Shown in pieces: positions 12,272 to 24,936 of a DNA stretch of 62,865 nt; position 1 is the stretch's first letter; the number at the start of each line of letters is the position of its first letter. Made by a program: the position numbers and the translations under genes. The stretch is from positions 873,467-936,331 of the forward strand of contig NW_015170911.1 in the NCBI RefSeq assembly GCF_001447785.1, given 5' to 3'. The DNA comes from Gekko japonicus (taxonomy: Eukaryota). The notes under the pieces are model-generated. The model saw only the letters and a list, made by a program, of their open reading frames with translations. It ran no database searches and was not told the DNA's origin.

Positions 12272-13248
12272 TGAAAAGTATGCAGGCGGAGAGTGATTTC
12301 AGCTAAGCATACCTTTATTTAGTTCAGAACAAAGACAACTGACCGGTGCGCAGGCCGATTTATATGCATTCAGAAAACCCGCCACCAAGATCACCTAAAC
12401 ACACCCCCCCCACTCCCGATAGGCTATTTACAGTAACCGAGAGACCCATTGGCCTCCCGGCTGGGGACCTAGCCCTTTGATTGGGCCGGCTAGGATCCTA
12501 CGGACCCATTGTCTTTCGACTTGAAGCTACAGAGGAATTGTGCCTGGCCAGCCCTGGCAAGTCCGGGCATGTCAGGCTGAATACATTACACCCCTCCCCC
12601 CTTGGTTCGCAATGCACCCACAGACGAAGTCCTTCAGGTGTGCTGGTGGCTTTCTGGGGCGCGTCGAGCGGCGAGGTTCCGGGGTGGCTATCGTTTCTGT
12701 CTCGGGGGCCCTTGGAGCTGAGTGGACCGGGCCCGGCGAGGGGTCTGGGGTGGCTGGGGTGGCTGGCCCCTCGGCTTGAGGGTTCTCCGGTTCCGCCCGG
12801 AAAGGCGGCTGTGGGTCTGGTTCCGGAAGCGGGGCCGGTGGAGAAGGCTCCGGGTCCTCATCCTGCTCTTCGGGGTCCAGCGGTAGCGTGCGGCGGCGCA
12901 GCTGATCAATGTGCCGGTGGAGGATTTGGCCATCCTCGCAGGATACCTCGTACAAATGAGGGCCCTTGACCCGAATGACTCGGGCGCCAGTGAAAAGTAT
13001 GCAGGCGGAGAGTGATTTCAGCTAAGCATACCTTTATTTAGTTCAGAACAAAGACAACTGATCGGCGCGCAGGCCGATTTATATGCATTCAGAAAACCCG
13101 CCACCAAGATCACCTAAACACACACCCCACTCCCGATAGGCTATTTACAGTAACCGAGAGACCCATTGGCCTCCCGGCTGGGGACCTAGCCCTTTGATTG
13201 GGCCGGCTAGGATCCTACGGACCCATTGTCTTTCGACTTGAAGCTACA
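12272..13248 (-). mobile_element. Internally deleted Ty3/Gypsy LTR retrotransposon with two LTRs
   Basis: 3' LTR 12272-12590 (TGTAATG...TTTTCA on minus), PPT AGGGGGAGGGG at ~12591-12602, integrase C-terminal peptide (ARVIRVKGPHLYEV...HRHIDQLRRR...RRSTRPRKPPAHLKDF), PBS-like TGGCG at ~12990, near-identical 5' LTR 12992-13248 running into an N gap. Confidence 0.9.
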
Positions 13249-13348
13249 NNNNNNNNNNNNNNNNNNNNNNNNNNNNNNNNNNNNNNNNNNNNNNNNNNNN
13301 NNNNNNNNNNNNNNNNNNNNNNNNNNNNNNNNNNNNNNNNNNNNNNNN
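13249..13348. other. Assembly gap (100 N); other gaps at 19456-19503, 24775-24936, 26902-27016, 50156-50169
   Basis: Runs of N. Confidence 1.
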
Positions 13349-14021
13349 TTGTAACTGAGGAGCTTTGTGCGAATCTTGTATGTATCTGTTTTGTATGTCT
13401 GAAGAAACTGCTTTAGTAAAAAGGCAACATTTATTCATAAACCTAGTGTGTTGTCTGACTTCCTGAAATAGCGAGCTTTCAGACGCCAATCCGACCTCTG
13501 GATACACGGGTTAGAACTCACGCACCGCCCGCCTCTGTAAACAGGGTTGATCCAGGCTCCCGGAACCGTCTTTGGACCGGTTCGGGTAACACCAAGAAGA
13601 AATGTTCACCCCCACTACCCCCCAGTGCCAAGATCCCTGCAAATCAGCCCCAGTGGCTCAGTTGGCTTAGCTTGCTCCAGGGTTAATAACTCAATCCCCC
13701 CCCGCCGCCTGTTTCAACTATTTTAACACTCCATTGACTACTAATAAGATAATATGGCCTGCACTACTGCTAACTGATGCTTGGCTATATATATTTTGCA
13801 AAAATAAAAAATAAAAGCCAACCTAGAGAACCATCTGCAAATGAGGTGCTTACGTATTGACATTTTCTGAGCAACAGGATCTGACTGTAATAGCTTAAGC
13901 AGCAGGGAGGTCAATTATCCCCAAGTTTGTTTTGTTTGTTTGTTTACACCCTGCCTTTCTCCCAAGTTCAGGGTTTGGTGCTACAAATTGACTGGAGAGG
14001 GCAGCCCTTAAAAAAAAAAAG

Positions 14022-14180
14022 GTCAGCCCTGCTTAGTGCTTGGATGGGAGACCACCAAGGAAGTCCAGGTTTGCAACACAGAGGCAGGCAATGGCAAACC
14101 ACCTCTGAATGCCAGTTGCCTTGAAAGCCCAATGGGGTTACCATAAGTTGGCTTGGACTTGACAGCACTTTCATCACCTT
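14022..14180 (+). mobile_element. 5'-truncated 5S-derived SINE (type A)
   Basis: TTAGTGCTTGGATGGGAGACCACCAAGGAA plus type A tail. Confidence 0.8.
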
Positions 14181-14193
14181 TTTCCCCTTTCCC

Positions 14194-14758
14194 ATCTGTA
14201 TTTGAGGGCTGTAACGGCTAGTGAAAGAAGCATTGATTCAGTAAACTATCTAGCTCCTCTCCCCACTCCCCTATATTGCAGGTGGGCTGACTGCCTTTAT
14301 TATTTTTAAGAGTGGCCATTTCCAGCCAATTAGTGCTGCGCCGCACCCATTCCTGCTGTTAAGACAGCATCCCTGAGCCAGCAAGAGAAGACTTCTCAAG
14401 TTTAAAATAAACATTAGAGAGCCAGTTTGGTGTAGTGGTTAAGTGTGCTGACTCTAATCTGGGAGAACCGGGTTTGATTCCCCACTCCTCCACTTGCACT
14501 GCTGATGTGACCTTGGGTCAGTCATAAGCTCTGATCTGTATTTGAGGGCTGTAACGGCTAGTGAAAGAAGCATTGATTCAGTAAACTATCTAGCTCCTCT
14601 CCCCACTCCCCTATATTGCAGGTGGGCTGACTGCCTTTATTATTTTTAAGAGTGGCCATTTCCAGCCAATTAGTGCTGCGCCGCACCCAGCGTGTTTCTT
14701 CTGTTAAGACAGCATCCCTGAGCCAGCAAGAGAAGACTTCTCAAGTTTAAAATAAACA
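14194..14758 (+). repeat. ~220-bp direct duplication flanking a Squam3-type SINE head
   Basis: 14194-14413 is repeated at 14534-14758; SINE head at 14417-14533 lies between the copies. Confidence 0.9.
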
Positions 14759-17489
14759 ATGTACATCCATAGCCGGCCTTACCACTTAAATTATGTTCTT
14801 CTATGTATCTTTGACTTCTTCTGGTTAAATTTACTCAGAAAACATAGAAGTTTTAGCAGGATTTTGAATACAAACAAACAAAAACATATTCTCTCTTCAG
14901 CAAATGAAAGATCAAACTTGTTTCCTTACTTTTTAGGCTCTGTATCATAGAACTTCAAGAGAACGTGCTGCTCCTTCAGGTTTAAAGCTACTTGCCTTTA
15001 CTTCTCCACCAGTTAATATGTCGGAAATCAAAGCTGCACATCAAAAAGCAACAGTAGCCAAGTTTGCATTCTGGCTTCAGTTCACTCATGTTTACCAATG
15101 TATTGCTGCTTTAGTATGTATAAACGTATGTTAACAAATGTACATGCACGTAATCTGTATCTTATATACACACAGGCTTGAAAAATATAAGCCATGTTTG
15201 AAATGGAAGCGCACATGCTTCAGCTCAGCCTGGGTTCTATACCGAGCCATAGGTGTGATAACTCAATCACTTGATTAGGTGCACTAAGAATATATGGGCT
15301 GAGTGTGAGGCATATCTGCAGAGAGTCATGATGTCATAACTCCTGCTTTCTGCCAAAGTGGTGTTCAAATAGACTTAATAATAGACTGAGTTCTAGATCG
15401 TTGATTTTAATGCAGTACTAGATGTGTGTACTGGGAGCTCATAATAATCTCTTTGCAAGGGTGACTATGCCTTACTGGTGATGTAGGTTTGGTTGCAACA
15501 ATCCATAAAAATTATCTCTTTGTCCAAAAATCTATCAGTCCAACAGACATACATGGATTTAATTTGAGCCCTAGAGGCTAATCAGATGATTGCACTTAAT
15601 CACACATCGGTACTTCATTGAGCTTCCAGCTGTGCTCCAGATACCCAACATATTTAAAACTGCACTTTGAAAAAAGAAATATTGCCAAGTTTAACAATTT
15701 GCTAAGTCTCGCAGAATGGGATATATACAGAAATGGACCAGAGCGTGTCAACTAAAGATGAGGTTGAGCTACTGTTCTGATGCTGAAGCCACTAAACAAC
15801 ATTTGACAGAGGACTTTTATAAGAAATGACTATAAAGCATAACAATTTACAGCTACATTTATTTGGAATTCTAATGTGGTATTCAGAATACCAACTAGGG
15901 CCCAATCTGCATCTAGCATTTGCTCCGCTGTTTTACCAAACCCACGCTGGAACAGAAATTCCCCTCTACATGGCATGCCACTTTCACTTTGATTGACTGT
16001 CGGATTTTGTGGCAGTGTCCAGACTGCATGCCGCTTTCACTTCGTTTGATATCTCGATTTTATGGTAGCCGTCTGCATAGATTTATGGCCAACCCAACTC
16101 ATACCCCTACCCAACTCATGTTTAACATGTGAACTGGATGCTAACCTTAAAAATAGTGTGTAGGAGCCAAATTAGCCCCTGAGCATAGTGCAGTGACAGG
16201 AGGGGCTTCATGAGTCCTTCCTTTTGACACCATACACTTTCTCTAGTGGAAAAGGGCTGTGTGGGGTGGGCTGTTTGTCGTATTACTGGTTCCATGTGTC
16301 TTGTGTAAATGAAGTAAACACATAATAAATATAGCTGAAGATGTTGGGGGAGGGAGAAAAGGCAGGCAGAGAAGGAAGCAAGGAAAGGTGGGGTTATGGG
16401 GGCTGTCAGAAGAAGAGAAAGAAGAAATAGTGTGGGGAGGAATATGAGGGAAAGCGAGGTATTCCCCCCCCCTTCAAGTCCCTACAGGTTTCCTGCTGCA
16501 CAACTGGGATAGGCTCAGCTGGCACCATGCAACTTGGCTAGAATTTTCCAGGGAGAGTCTGCCAAGGGGAAGGAAGGAGGGCAGGTAAAGGTAGGTAAAG
16601 GAAGCAAGAAAAGGGGAGAGATTATAGGGGGTGCCAGGGAAGAGGGAGGAAATGGAGGAAAATGAGATGCCCCCCACAAGGCCTTGCAGGGCCCCCACTT
16701 GTAAACACCAAATTGTATGACTTTTAAAAAATTGTTTATCTATACTGCTGGTTGTCAAACAGGATGCAGCAACAACAGGTCTGAGGGATGGGGGAGAAGT
16801 CACTGGGCTCTATGAGAAGGCTCATGCGTCATTGCACTGTTGTCTCCTGTCTGAATACTTGAAAAGCTGTCTGATAAACAGGCTCAGGCTATTCACGAAC
16901 AGTGAACTGATTGCCAGTCAACTGGCTCTGTTTGCAACTGGTGAGCAGCTGGTGAGCCAAACCAGTGGGTCTTCAAGATCCCCACTTATAGATAGCTAAA
17001 AGATGGAAGTGTTTAGCAAAAAAGGGACAAAAAATGCCATGATGTGAAAAAAGCCAACACTGCACAGACTTTAAATATAGTATTTATTTTAAACTATGCT
17101 TCAGTTACTCATGGAGCAGTTGAACGTGCTTACATAACTTTCTTGCATTTATCCACTGAGCTACAAAGCTTTTGAGCTTTAATCCACTCACAGTCTACAA
17201 CTAAAAGTCGCTATACACTTTAATACATATAGCTATGACAAGCAAGTAAAATAACCTAATTTAATCCATTTCATCTGCACATGATGCATGTAAATGCTTT
17301 CTCTGCGATAGTGTTGTTCCTTCCTCCCTGGGCTTTTAAAAGTGTAATTCTACATTAGTTTATATAGTTATCCTTCTTCTTCCATCCAGTGCAAAAGTTC
17401 CCTCCTGGCCATCTTCTTTATTTCAGCAGAATGCAGTATTTTATGCTCAACCAAAAGTATGATTACTTTAGGAAAATAATAAAATAATT

Positions 17490-18075
17490 TATTCCCTATG
17501 AAGAAAGATTATATTCCCTATGAAGAAACGTTAAAGCACTTGGGGCTCTTTAGCTTGGAGAAATGACAGCTGAGGGGTGACATGATCGAGGTTTATAAGA
17601 TTATGCATGGGATAGAGCAGGTAGAGAAAGAAGTACTTTTCTCCCTTTCTCACAATACAAGAACTCGTGGGCACTCCATGAAACTGCAGAGCAGTCAGGT
17701 TAGAATAGATAAATGAAAGCACTTCTTCACCCAAATAGTGATTCACACATGGAATTCACTGCCACAGGAGGTGGTGGTGGCTATAAGCATGGACGGCTTC
17801 AAGAGGGAATTAGATAAGCATATGGAGCAGAGGTCCATCAGTGGCTATTAGCCACAAGGTATAGATAAGAACTTTCAGGCTGGGGCAAGTGATGCTCTGT
17901 ATTCTTGGTGCTTGGGAGGGGGGGCAACAGTGGGAGGGCTTCTAGTGTCCTGCCTCCCACTGGTGGACCTCCTGATGGCACCTGGTATTTTTGGCCATTG
18001 TGTGACAGAGTGTTGGACTGGATGGACCATTGGCCTGATCCAACATTGGCTTCTCTTATGTTCTTATGTTCTTAT
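17490..18075 (+). mobile_element. CR1 LINE 3' fragment
   Basis: ORF2 C-terminal motifs (PYEE.LK.LGLFSLEK..LRGDMIEVYKIM), 3'UTR and (TTCTTATG)n tail; same family as 31628-32835. Confidence 0.92.
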
Positions 18076-19503
18076 TTCTCCCCCCACCCCCGAAGCCCCC
18101 TGGCACTTTTATTACTAACTGTCCAATTACTAATCTTTTTAGAGTTTCCTTTAACTACTTAATTACTTCATTGATACTGTCTTGCAGGGACTCAAGGTGG
18201 ATTACAAAAATTCAAAACATAACACTACAATAAAAAGCAATATAATAAAATGCAATACAAGCTAGCAATACGTACTCTCCTCTCCCCTCCAAAAAGAATT
18301 GTAAACAAGTTTCCAGTTAGTACCATTCTCAGTCGTCATAATCTTATTTGCATGGTCTTCCCTACCAGGTGTCAAGCTATTCCCTAATGGCTTCTTCTGA
18401 AGGGGACTGGGTATAGGAAAATAAATACTGAAGCCAAATCCACAGTATTATGCCAACTGTTCCAACCTTCCTTTAAAGATGTTCAGTATAAAAAACATGT
18501 TCAATTGTCATTAATTAGTTCAACAAGCATGGTCATAGCATTGCTAAACTCCAGGTGGTGGCTGGAGATCTCCTGGGATTACAACGGATTTCTGAGCAAC
18601 AAGAGAAGCAAAAAGACTGCAAAAGGTCCATCTCTTGGGGGCCTATCAATTAAGAGGTCTTCCCAGTAAGATAACTTAAGATCCACATTTAAGAAGGCCT
18701 TGATTAAAATCAATGCATTCCTACATTGTTTTTCCTAAATGATATGAACAACATGTTCTCTTTCATCATAATTAATTATGAAGTATGGTACTCTTACTCT
18801 TTCCCCCCAAATTATTATAAATTGTGCTGCACAATTAAGACACAGACTAATTCACAATTAAATCCAGTGATATTTACAAAATCTCTGGAACTTATTTCGA
18901 GGGGTACATGGGAGAATGGTAGGTGCCAAAATTCCCACTGTAATCAATCCCAATGAGATTTTTTAAACAGTTATTTCAGTGAGATGTACGTGCAGTTCAT
19001 TTTCTCTGGGTTGCATCCAGCATGTGCAAGAATGAAAAGCCAATTAAAACAAGCAACTGACTAACAGAAACTGTCATTTTGAAAACAGCATTTGCTTGGT
19101 GTAGCATAAAGTTCAATTGAAGAAGTGATCTGGATAACCAGCTTTTCCTGTGAAGACGAACAACTTGGAAAGGATTTAGCGTTAGCATTATGTAACAAAT
19201 AGATGAACAAATGAGACATGAGTCTTATACATCTATCATTTCCAAAGTTAAATAAAATGAGTAACATGAACAATGGCAGCTGCAGAAAGCTGTTGTTGCT
19301 CTATGTAGTAATTACTCATAGGAAAATTAATTATCATTATTTTTGCTGTAATTTATTTGTCAAATGATCTTCCCTAGAAAGAGGACTATTAGTCTTCTTC
19401 CAATTATGCCACATTAGCTTCTTTTGAATGTTACTTATTGGCTTCTGTCACATCCNNNNNNNNNNNNNNNNNNNNNNNNNNNNNNNNNNNNNNNNNNNNN
19501 NNN

Positions 19504-21335
19504 CTTGCCTCCTCGAGGTACACCCTGGATAAAGTTAAAGAGCTAGAACTTCTGGATGCCAGACAATTGTAGGATCTCCTGGCTACACTACACACATGGA
19601 AACAATCAACCATTCAAACAGTCCTCAGGACTACTTGGCAAGGGGTTTAGGAGACTGCATCCAAATCTGCCAAATGAATATTGAAGGTATAAGCAAGTCT
19701 AAATGCCATTAATTGTCACAAATCTTACTGGCCAATAAAATCAATTTAGCTCTTGTTCAAGAAACTCATCTTGATAATGAAAACCAAGCCCGCCACAGAG
19801 CGAAAATTGAGGGATATGATGTTATTGGCATCACATACCATCATACATACAGCATAGTGACTTATGCCCAAAGCAACATTGAAAATGTGAAGCTGGTATT
19901 GACCAACATCCACAATGACATCCACACAATTGTAGTAGAAGCTGGGGAAGCACATGTTAATGTTTACAAGTCTCCTGCAGTTTCATGGCCAGCACATGTC
20001 CTATCAACCTACCCTCATCCTTCTGTATACGCTGATGACTTTAACAGCCACCATGGAAATTTGAGATACACGGTTAACACTAGCAACAGTGAGGCACTTG
20101 TTGACTGGGCTGAAGAACATGGCTTGCATCTCATTTTCAGTGCTAAAGACAGAGGCACCTTCAGCTCAGCAGCATAAAATAGAGAGTCCAGCCCTGATTT
20201 AACATTTGTTTCATCTGACTGGAGAAGTCAGCCCTTGCCTATATCCAGACATGTTCTTGAGGCTTTCTCACACAGTCAGCATCAACCTGTAATCCTCAAG
20301 CTAGGAACCCAAATACTAGTTATCAGGTCTTTTCCAAGATGATGATGGAACTTTAAGAGGGTGAATTGGAAAGGTTTCAGTGAAGATCTGGATAGGTGTC
20401 TTGTATGGGTCCCTCAAATACATAATAAATACCGCTGATTCGTTGGAGCTGTTAAATCTATAGGCAAGGGTATCAGAAAGAATATATTACAAGCTGGAGC
20501 AATCAGAGTGAGAGGCTATATAAAAATTTCCTTCACAGCAAAGCCCCAGAAGTAGCAGATGAACTACTCCATGAGCTCAACGCTGCACATAGACAAAAAT
20601 GAAGAAGCTGTGAATTTGGATTTCAGGCATTCCAGTAGGAAAGCCTGGAGCCTTTTGAAAAAACTAGGTGCAAGCCCACCTGTGCTCTGACGAAATCCAG
20701 AGGTAACATCAAATCAGGTAGCTGCCTGACAGGTATCCCTATCCAGAGCTCCAAAGGATCGAGATTTTACAATCAGGATAAAAAAAAAGAACTCCAGATT
20801 TTGAAATGCACCTGCCTTGATGACTGTGAGCTGTCAGTGAATTTCAGTGCTGATGATTTCCAAGGTACTGAAGGAAGGACATCAAGAGTGGAAGGGCACC
20901 TTGCCCTGACCTGAATATCCTAGGCAAGCCCGAACCCGATAGATCTCAGAAGCTAAGCAGCGTTTGGAAGGGTGACCTCCAAGAAATACCAGAAATGGGA
21001 TGCAGAAGCAGGCTAATCAAGCCACCACTCTGAAAAATGTCCAAACCCCCAATAGGGGTCACTAGAAGTCAAGTATGACTTCCAGGCAAGCACACACACA
21101 AAACACACACACACACACACAAAATATATATTTTAAAAATAGTGGAAAGGCACCAGGGTTTGAATGCATCCATAATGAGTTCCTGATCAACAGTGGCACA
21201 TTCACTAAGAAGTGGCTCACAAAGTTTCTCACTGACATCATGAGAACAGGAGGACTCCCAGGGGAATTCAAGAAAGCAACAATAGTTGCTATTCCGAAAT
21301 CTGGAAAACCAAAACATCTGGCGAACCTATTTCCC
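19504..21335 (+). mobile_element. Vingi (Ingi-related) non-LTR retrotransposon, decayed APE endonuclease plus start of RT
   Basis: ATG at ~19596; translation ICQMNIEGISK..., LVQETH, VNVYKSP, PHPSVYADDFNSHH, FSAKDRGTFSSA, SPDLTFVS, then RT entry motif GKAPGFECIHNEFL...KKATIVAIPKSGKP. Multiple stops and frameshifts. Clade assignment is from remembered motif similarity. Confidence 0.7.
20901..21137 (+). mobile_element. 5S-derived SINE (tail type B) inserted in the Vingi element
   Basis: 5S core GATCTCAGAAGCTAAGCAG, (CA)n tail, ~14-bp TSD AGTGGAAGGGCACC / AGTGGAAAGGCACC. Confidence 0.8.
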
Positions 21336-21604
21336 TTCTGAGCTCCTGCATCTCCACCACATATATATCAAATTTGTATCCCAAATGCAAAACTTTTATC
21401 TTTCAAGTGGTATTTTCAAAAATATTCTTACTAGGAATTCTCCAGATAAGATGTTATAGCAGTATATTATGGTTGTAGGATTTACAGAATCAAGATAAAG
21501 GGGGATCAGATGAGGATGAGTAAAGAAGAATGAAAAATAATTGTAAATAGACCTGTTGGTCCATGCAAAATCCAAAAACAGGAACAAAAATAGATTTTTC
21601 ATAG

Positions 21605-21832
21605 TGTGTGTTAAGTGCTGTCAAGTTGCTTCCAATTTATGGCAACCGCAGCCTTACTCAGATCTTGCAAACTGGTTTCCTTATAGAGTTAATCCATCTC
21701 GAGTCTTCTTCTTTTCCTGCTGCCTTCAACTTTTCCTAGCATTGTTGTCTTTTCCAGTGACTCTTTTCCTTTCATAATGTGACCAAAGTACAATAGCCTC
21801 AATTTAGCCGCTTTAGCTTCTAGGGAGAGTTC
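21605..21832 (-). mobile_element. RTE-clade LINE 3' fragment
   Basis: Minus translation LRLLYFGHIMKGKESLEKTTMLGKVEGSRKRRR, typical of the RTE ORF C-terminus; the tail matches 42980-43222. Confidence 0.75.
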
Positions 21833-21999
21833 AACCCCAAGGGGTTTTCAAGGCAACAGACATTCAGAGGTGATTTGCCATTGCCTGCCTCTGTGTCACA
21901 ACCCTGGACATCCTTGGTGGTCTCCCATACAAACACTGACAAGGGTCAAACCACTTAGCTTCTGAGATCTAACAAGATTGGGCTATCCAGGTGAGGGCC
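21833..21999 (-). mobile_element. 5S-derived SINE (type A)
   Basis: Same head and tail as the copy at 10589-10810. Confidence 0.75.
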
Positions 22000-23641
22000 T
22001 AGTGCACTATAGACATATGCCACTCTGTGTCTACTATAAGTTCATGTTTTGCATGAGGATGATCCTTTTACATTTCTTTGAGCAACTCTGAAATGTTTTC
22101 CAGGCCCCTTCCCATCTCTGTTCATTCATTCTCTGGCTAGAAGTTATTAACCAATGAGGAAGGGGTTTTGTTTGTTTGATTTTGCTGTAGTCCAATCAAG
22201 AAAGTGAGATGAAGGGTCACGGGCTTTTTAGTGGTGATGCTATAGGATCATCTACCTTCTAAGACCTGACCTTGTAGGCTGTGTATAGACAATGCAGTTG
22301 ATTTAGACTTGCTTCTAAAGCATAGCTGCTACAGTTCTTGCTGTGTTGATCTGATCTGGCTTTTTGTATAGTGCGAAAGGGAGCTGTCTGGCATGCAGAA
22401 GATGCTGGTGAGGAAGAAGGGGAAGGCTTGGAGTTTGTGGGGGGGGATTAAATCAAAATGGGGGTCTCCTGGTTGCTAGGGTCTGAGAACCACTGAGCTA
22501 GAATACAGAGTTTCAGAGAGTCAGTTAGCTGATGAATACTTTAGGGCTGCAGGTAGTAATAAGGAAGTACAACCAGCCATTTGTAGGTCCAGTGAGGAGA
22601 GGTGTCCAATGGTTAGTAGGCTTCCTGGCTGATTTTATAGCGAAACTGGGCAGGCTCCCTTGTTAATGGGAAGGTCCTGGTTTGGAGATTGCCAAGATGA
22701 ATATGAGACATACCATGGCCACTGGCTGGCCATTGTGTGAAACAGGACCACTGGTCTGATCCAGCAAGAGTCTTCTTGTTTCCTTATTAGTAGACACCCA
22801 ACAGAAGGCAATGTTTGTTCCTTTGGCATAGCAACGTTACAGACTTCTTTGTGCTCAACAGAGAGCTTAGGCATATGCAAACTATTCCCTTGTTAGCCAT
22901 AGGCATCTCAAGTAAAAAAGAACAAATGTTTCAACATTTTTAGCTGAGATTCATGTCCATTAACATTCAATTTGGTAGCTCCTTCAATAACATATTATTT
23001 TGCAATCCTGTTCTAAGAGCGCGAATTCCTCAAATATCAACACAAAGGCAATGTCTGTAAGAAAAGGACATATCAAAATCAAATTAGATATCCCATAGGG
23101 TGCCACCAGGAGGGGATGATGACTCTCTGTCCAAAATGAGAGAAAGATATAGAATCTGGAGTGAGTCAAGATAACAGGGCACAAGATAAAAATCCTTTTT
23201 ATGTGTCTTGGTTAGTTAAAGAATAGCTCACATAAGTAAACCTGCTCTTAGAAGATTAGCAATCCCTCAAAAGATCTTGAAGAAGATTACAGCAAACTGC
23301 CTCAGTAGGAAAAATATTCTACTTGATAAGACTGTTCTGTTCACATAGTTCACTGTGGTGTGATCTTCTGTAAGCAATTCCTGCAGTGATTCACTGCTCA
23401 GGCAAATAAGCAATTATTTACAAAGCTAATAAAGCCTGTACTGGATCTCTGCTGCTATGTTTAAAGATATCCTAAAATTATTTTTACATAACGTTTTCTT
23501 TCTCACTTTTCATCATACAAATGTCACAGAAGGTGGCTCACAGCCTAGTACTGAAATGCAGAATGATAAACAGATTTTTTTTTAAAGCATAAAACTTGAG
23601 GATCTAGATTGAAAGGGCCTTAAAAAAAGACAAAAGAGGGT

Positions 23642-23866
23642 GTAAAGGTAAAGGTTCCCTTGCTCGAAAGCCAGTCGAGTCCGACTCTAGGGTTGCGGTG
23701 CTCATCTCCGTTTCAAAGAGCCAGCGCTGTCCGAAGACGTTTCCGTGGTCATGTGGCCGGCATGACTAACACCAAGGCGCACGGAACGCTGTTACCTTCC
23801 CACCGAAGTGGTACCTATTTATCTACTTGCAATTTCTTGCTTTCGAACTGCTAGGTTGGCAGGAGG
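23642..23866 (-). mobile_element. 5'-truncated Sauria SINE
   Basis: (AAAGGT)n tail at left; 11-bp TSD CAAAAGAGGGT at 23631-23641 and 23867-23877. Confidence 0.9.
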
Positions 23867-24489
23867 CAAAAGAGGGTAGTCAGTTTTAAAATCAGTGAAC
23901 AATAGATTCTACAGAATGAAAGAGTTCCAGGAAATAGAAACACTAAATGCCCTCAGAGATAAAATAATTTCCATCTTTTTTGAATGACCAAAACAGATTG
24001 TCAGATCCCACAGAGACAGAGCAGGGAAGTTGGGAACTCCAGAGTCCAAGTCCCACAGCAAAACAGGTCCTGTTGTCATGGAAATGAGTCCCCCTCCATA
24101 ACTGATTGACAGTGTGTGGGGGGGGGGGCGTCCCCATATACCAAAAACTACACAGGAAGGATCTATTCCAGCAACACACAAATGAATGGAACCTTGATAC
24201 TACCTTCTCCTCCACCACCATTCTGGAAGTTTGGTGACGAATAGCAGGTAAATCCAGGTGGTCAGACCAGGTGTTGGTCTGAACCAGTAGAACAATTTTA
24301 GAGTCAGAGGTAAGAGGCAGGTAAGTCAGAGCAGTACATAGGATGACTAGGAGATAAAAGAGAGAGCTGGATGCTTCTTTTGCCTTGCCAGGCTCCAACG
24401 GAATGCTCAGTGCCATATTCTGTAGAGGACTTGTGGGCTGTGTGAATCTGTGAGTGTGTAGTCCCACCGGGAGCTGGCTAACTTATGTT

Positions 24490-24702
24490 TAGGGTTGCAA
24501 GCTCTAGGTTGGGAAACACCTGGAGGTTTTGGGGGTGGAGCCTGGGGAAGGTGGGGTTTGGGGAGGGACCTCAGCAGGGTATAATGCCAGAGAGTTCACC
24601 CTCCAAAGCAGCCGTTTTTTTCCAGGGGAAGTAATCTTGGTCATCTGGAGATTAACTGTAATAGCAGAAGATCTCCAGGTATCACCTGGAGGTTGGCAAC
24701 TA
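24490..24702. mobile_element. MITE with TAGGGTTGCCA-type termini (a related copy in opposite orientation at ~30051-30268)
   Basis: Imperfect TIR tagggttgca...ttggcaacta; body is the reverse complement of 30051-30268. Confidence 0.6.
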
Positions 24703-24936
24703 TACCTGGGCTGCCAAGGTTCTAGAAATGTGACAAGATTAAAGTTGGAATCATTCATAGATGACTAAAGCAAANNNNNNNNNNNNNNNNNNNNNNNNNN
24801 NNNNNNNNNNNNNNNNNNNNNNNNNNNNNNNNNNNNNNNNNNNNNNNNNNNNNNNNNNNNNNNNNNNNNNNNNNNNNNNNNNNNNNNNNNNNNNNNNNNN
24901 NNNNNNNNNNNNNNNNNNNNNNNNNNNNNNNNNNNN

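Noticed and set aside
13349-13551. Continuation of the Gypsy 5' LTR after the gap
   Set aside because: The sequence does not match the expected remaining LTR bases (12531-12590); probably a different LTR-like repeat that cannot be bounded.
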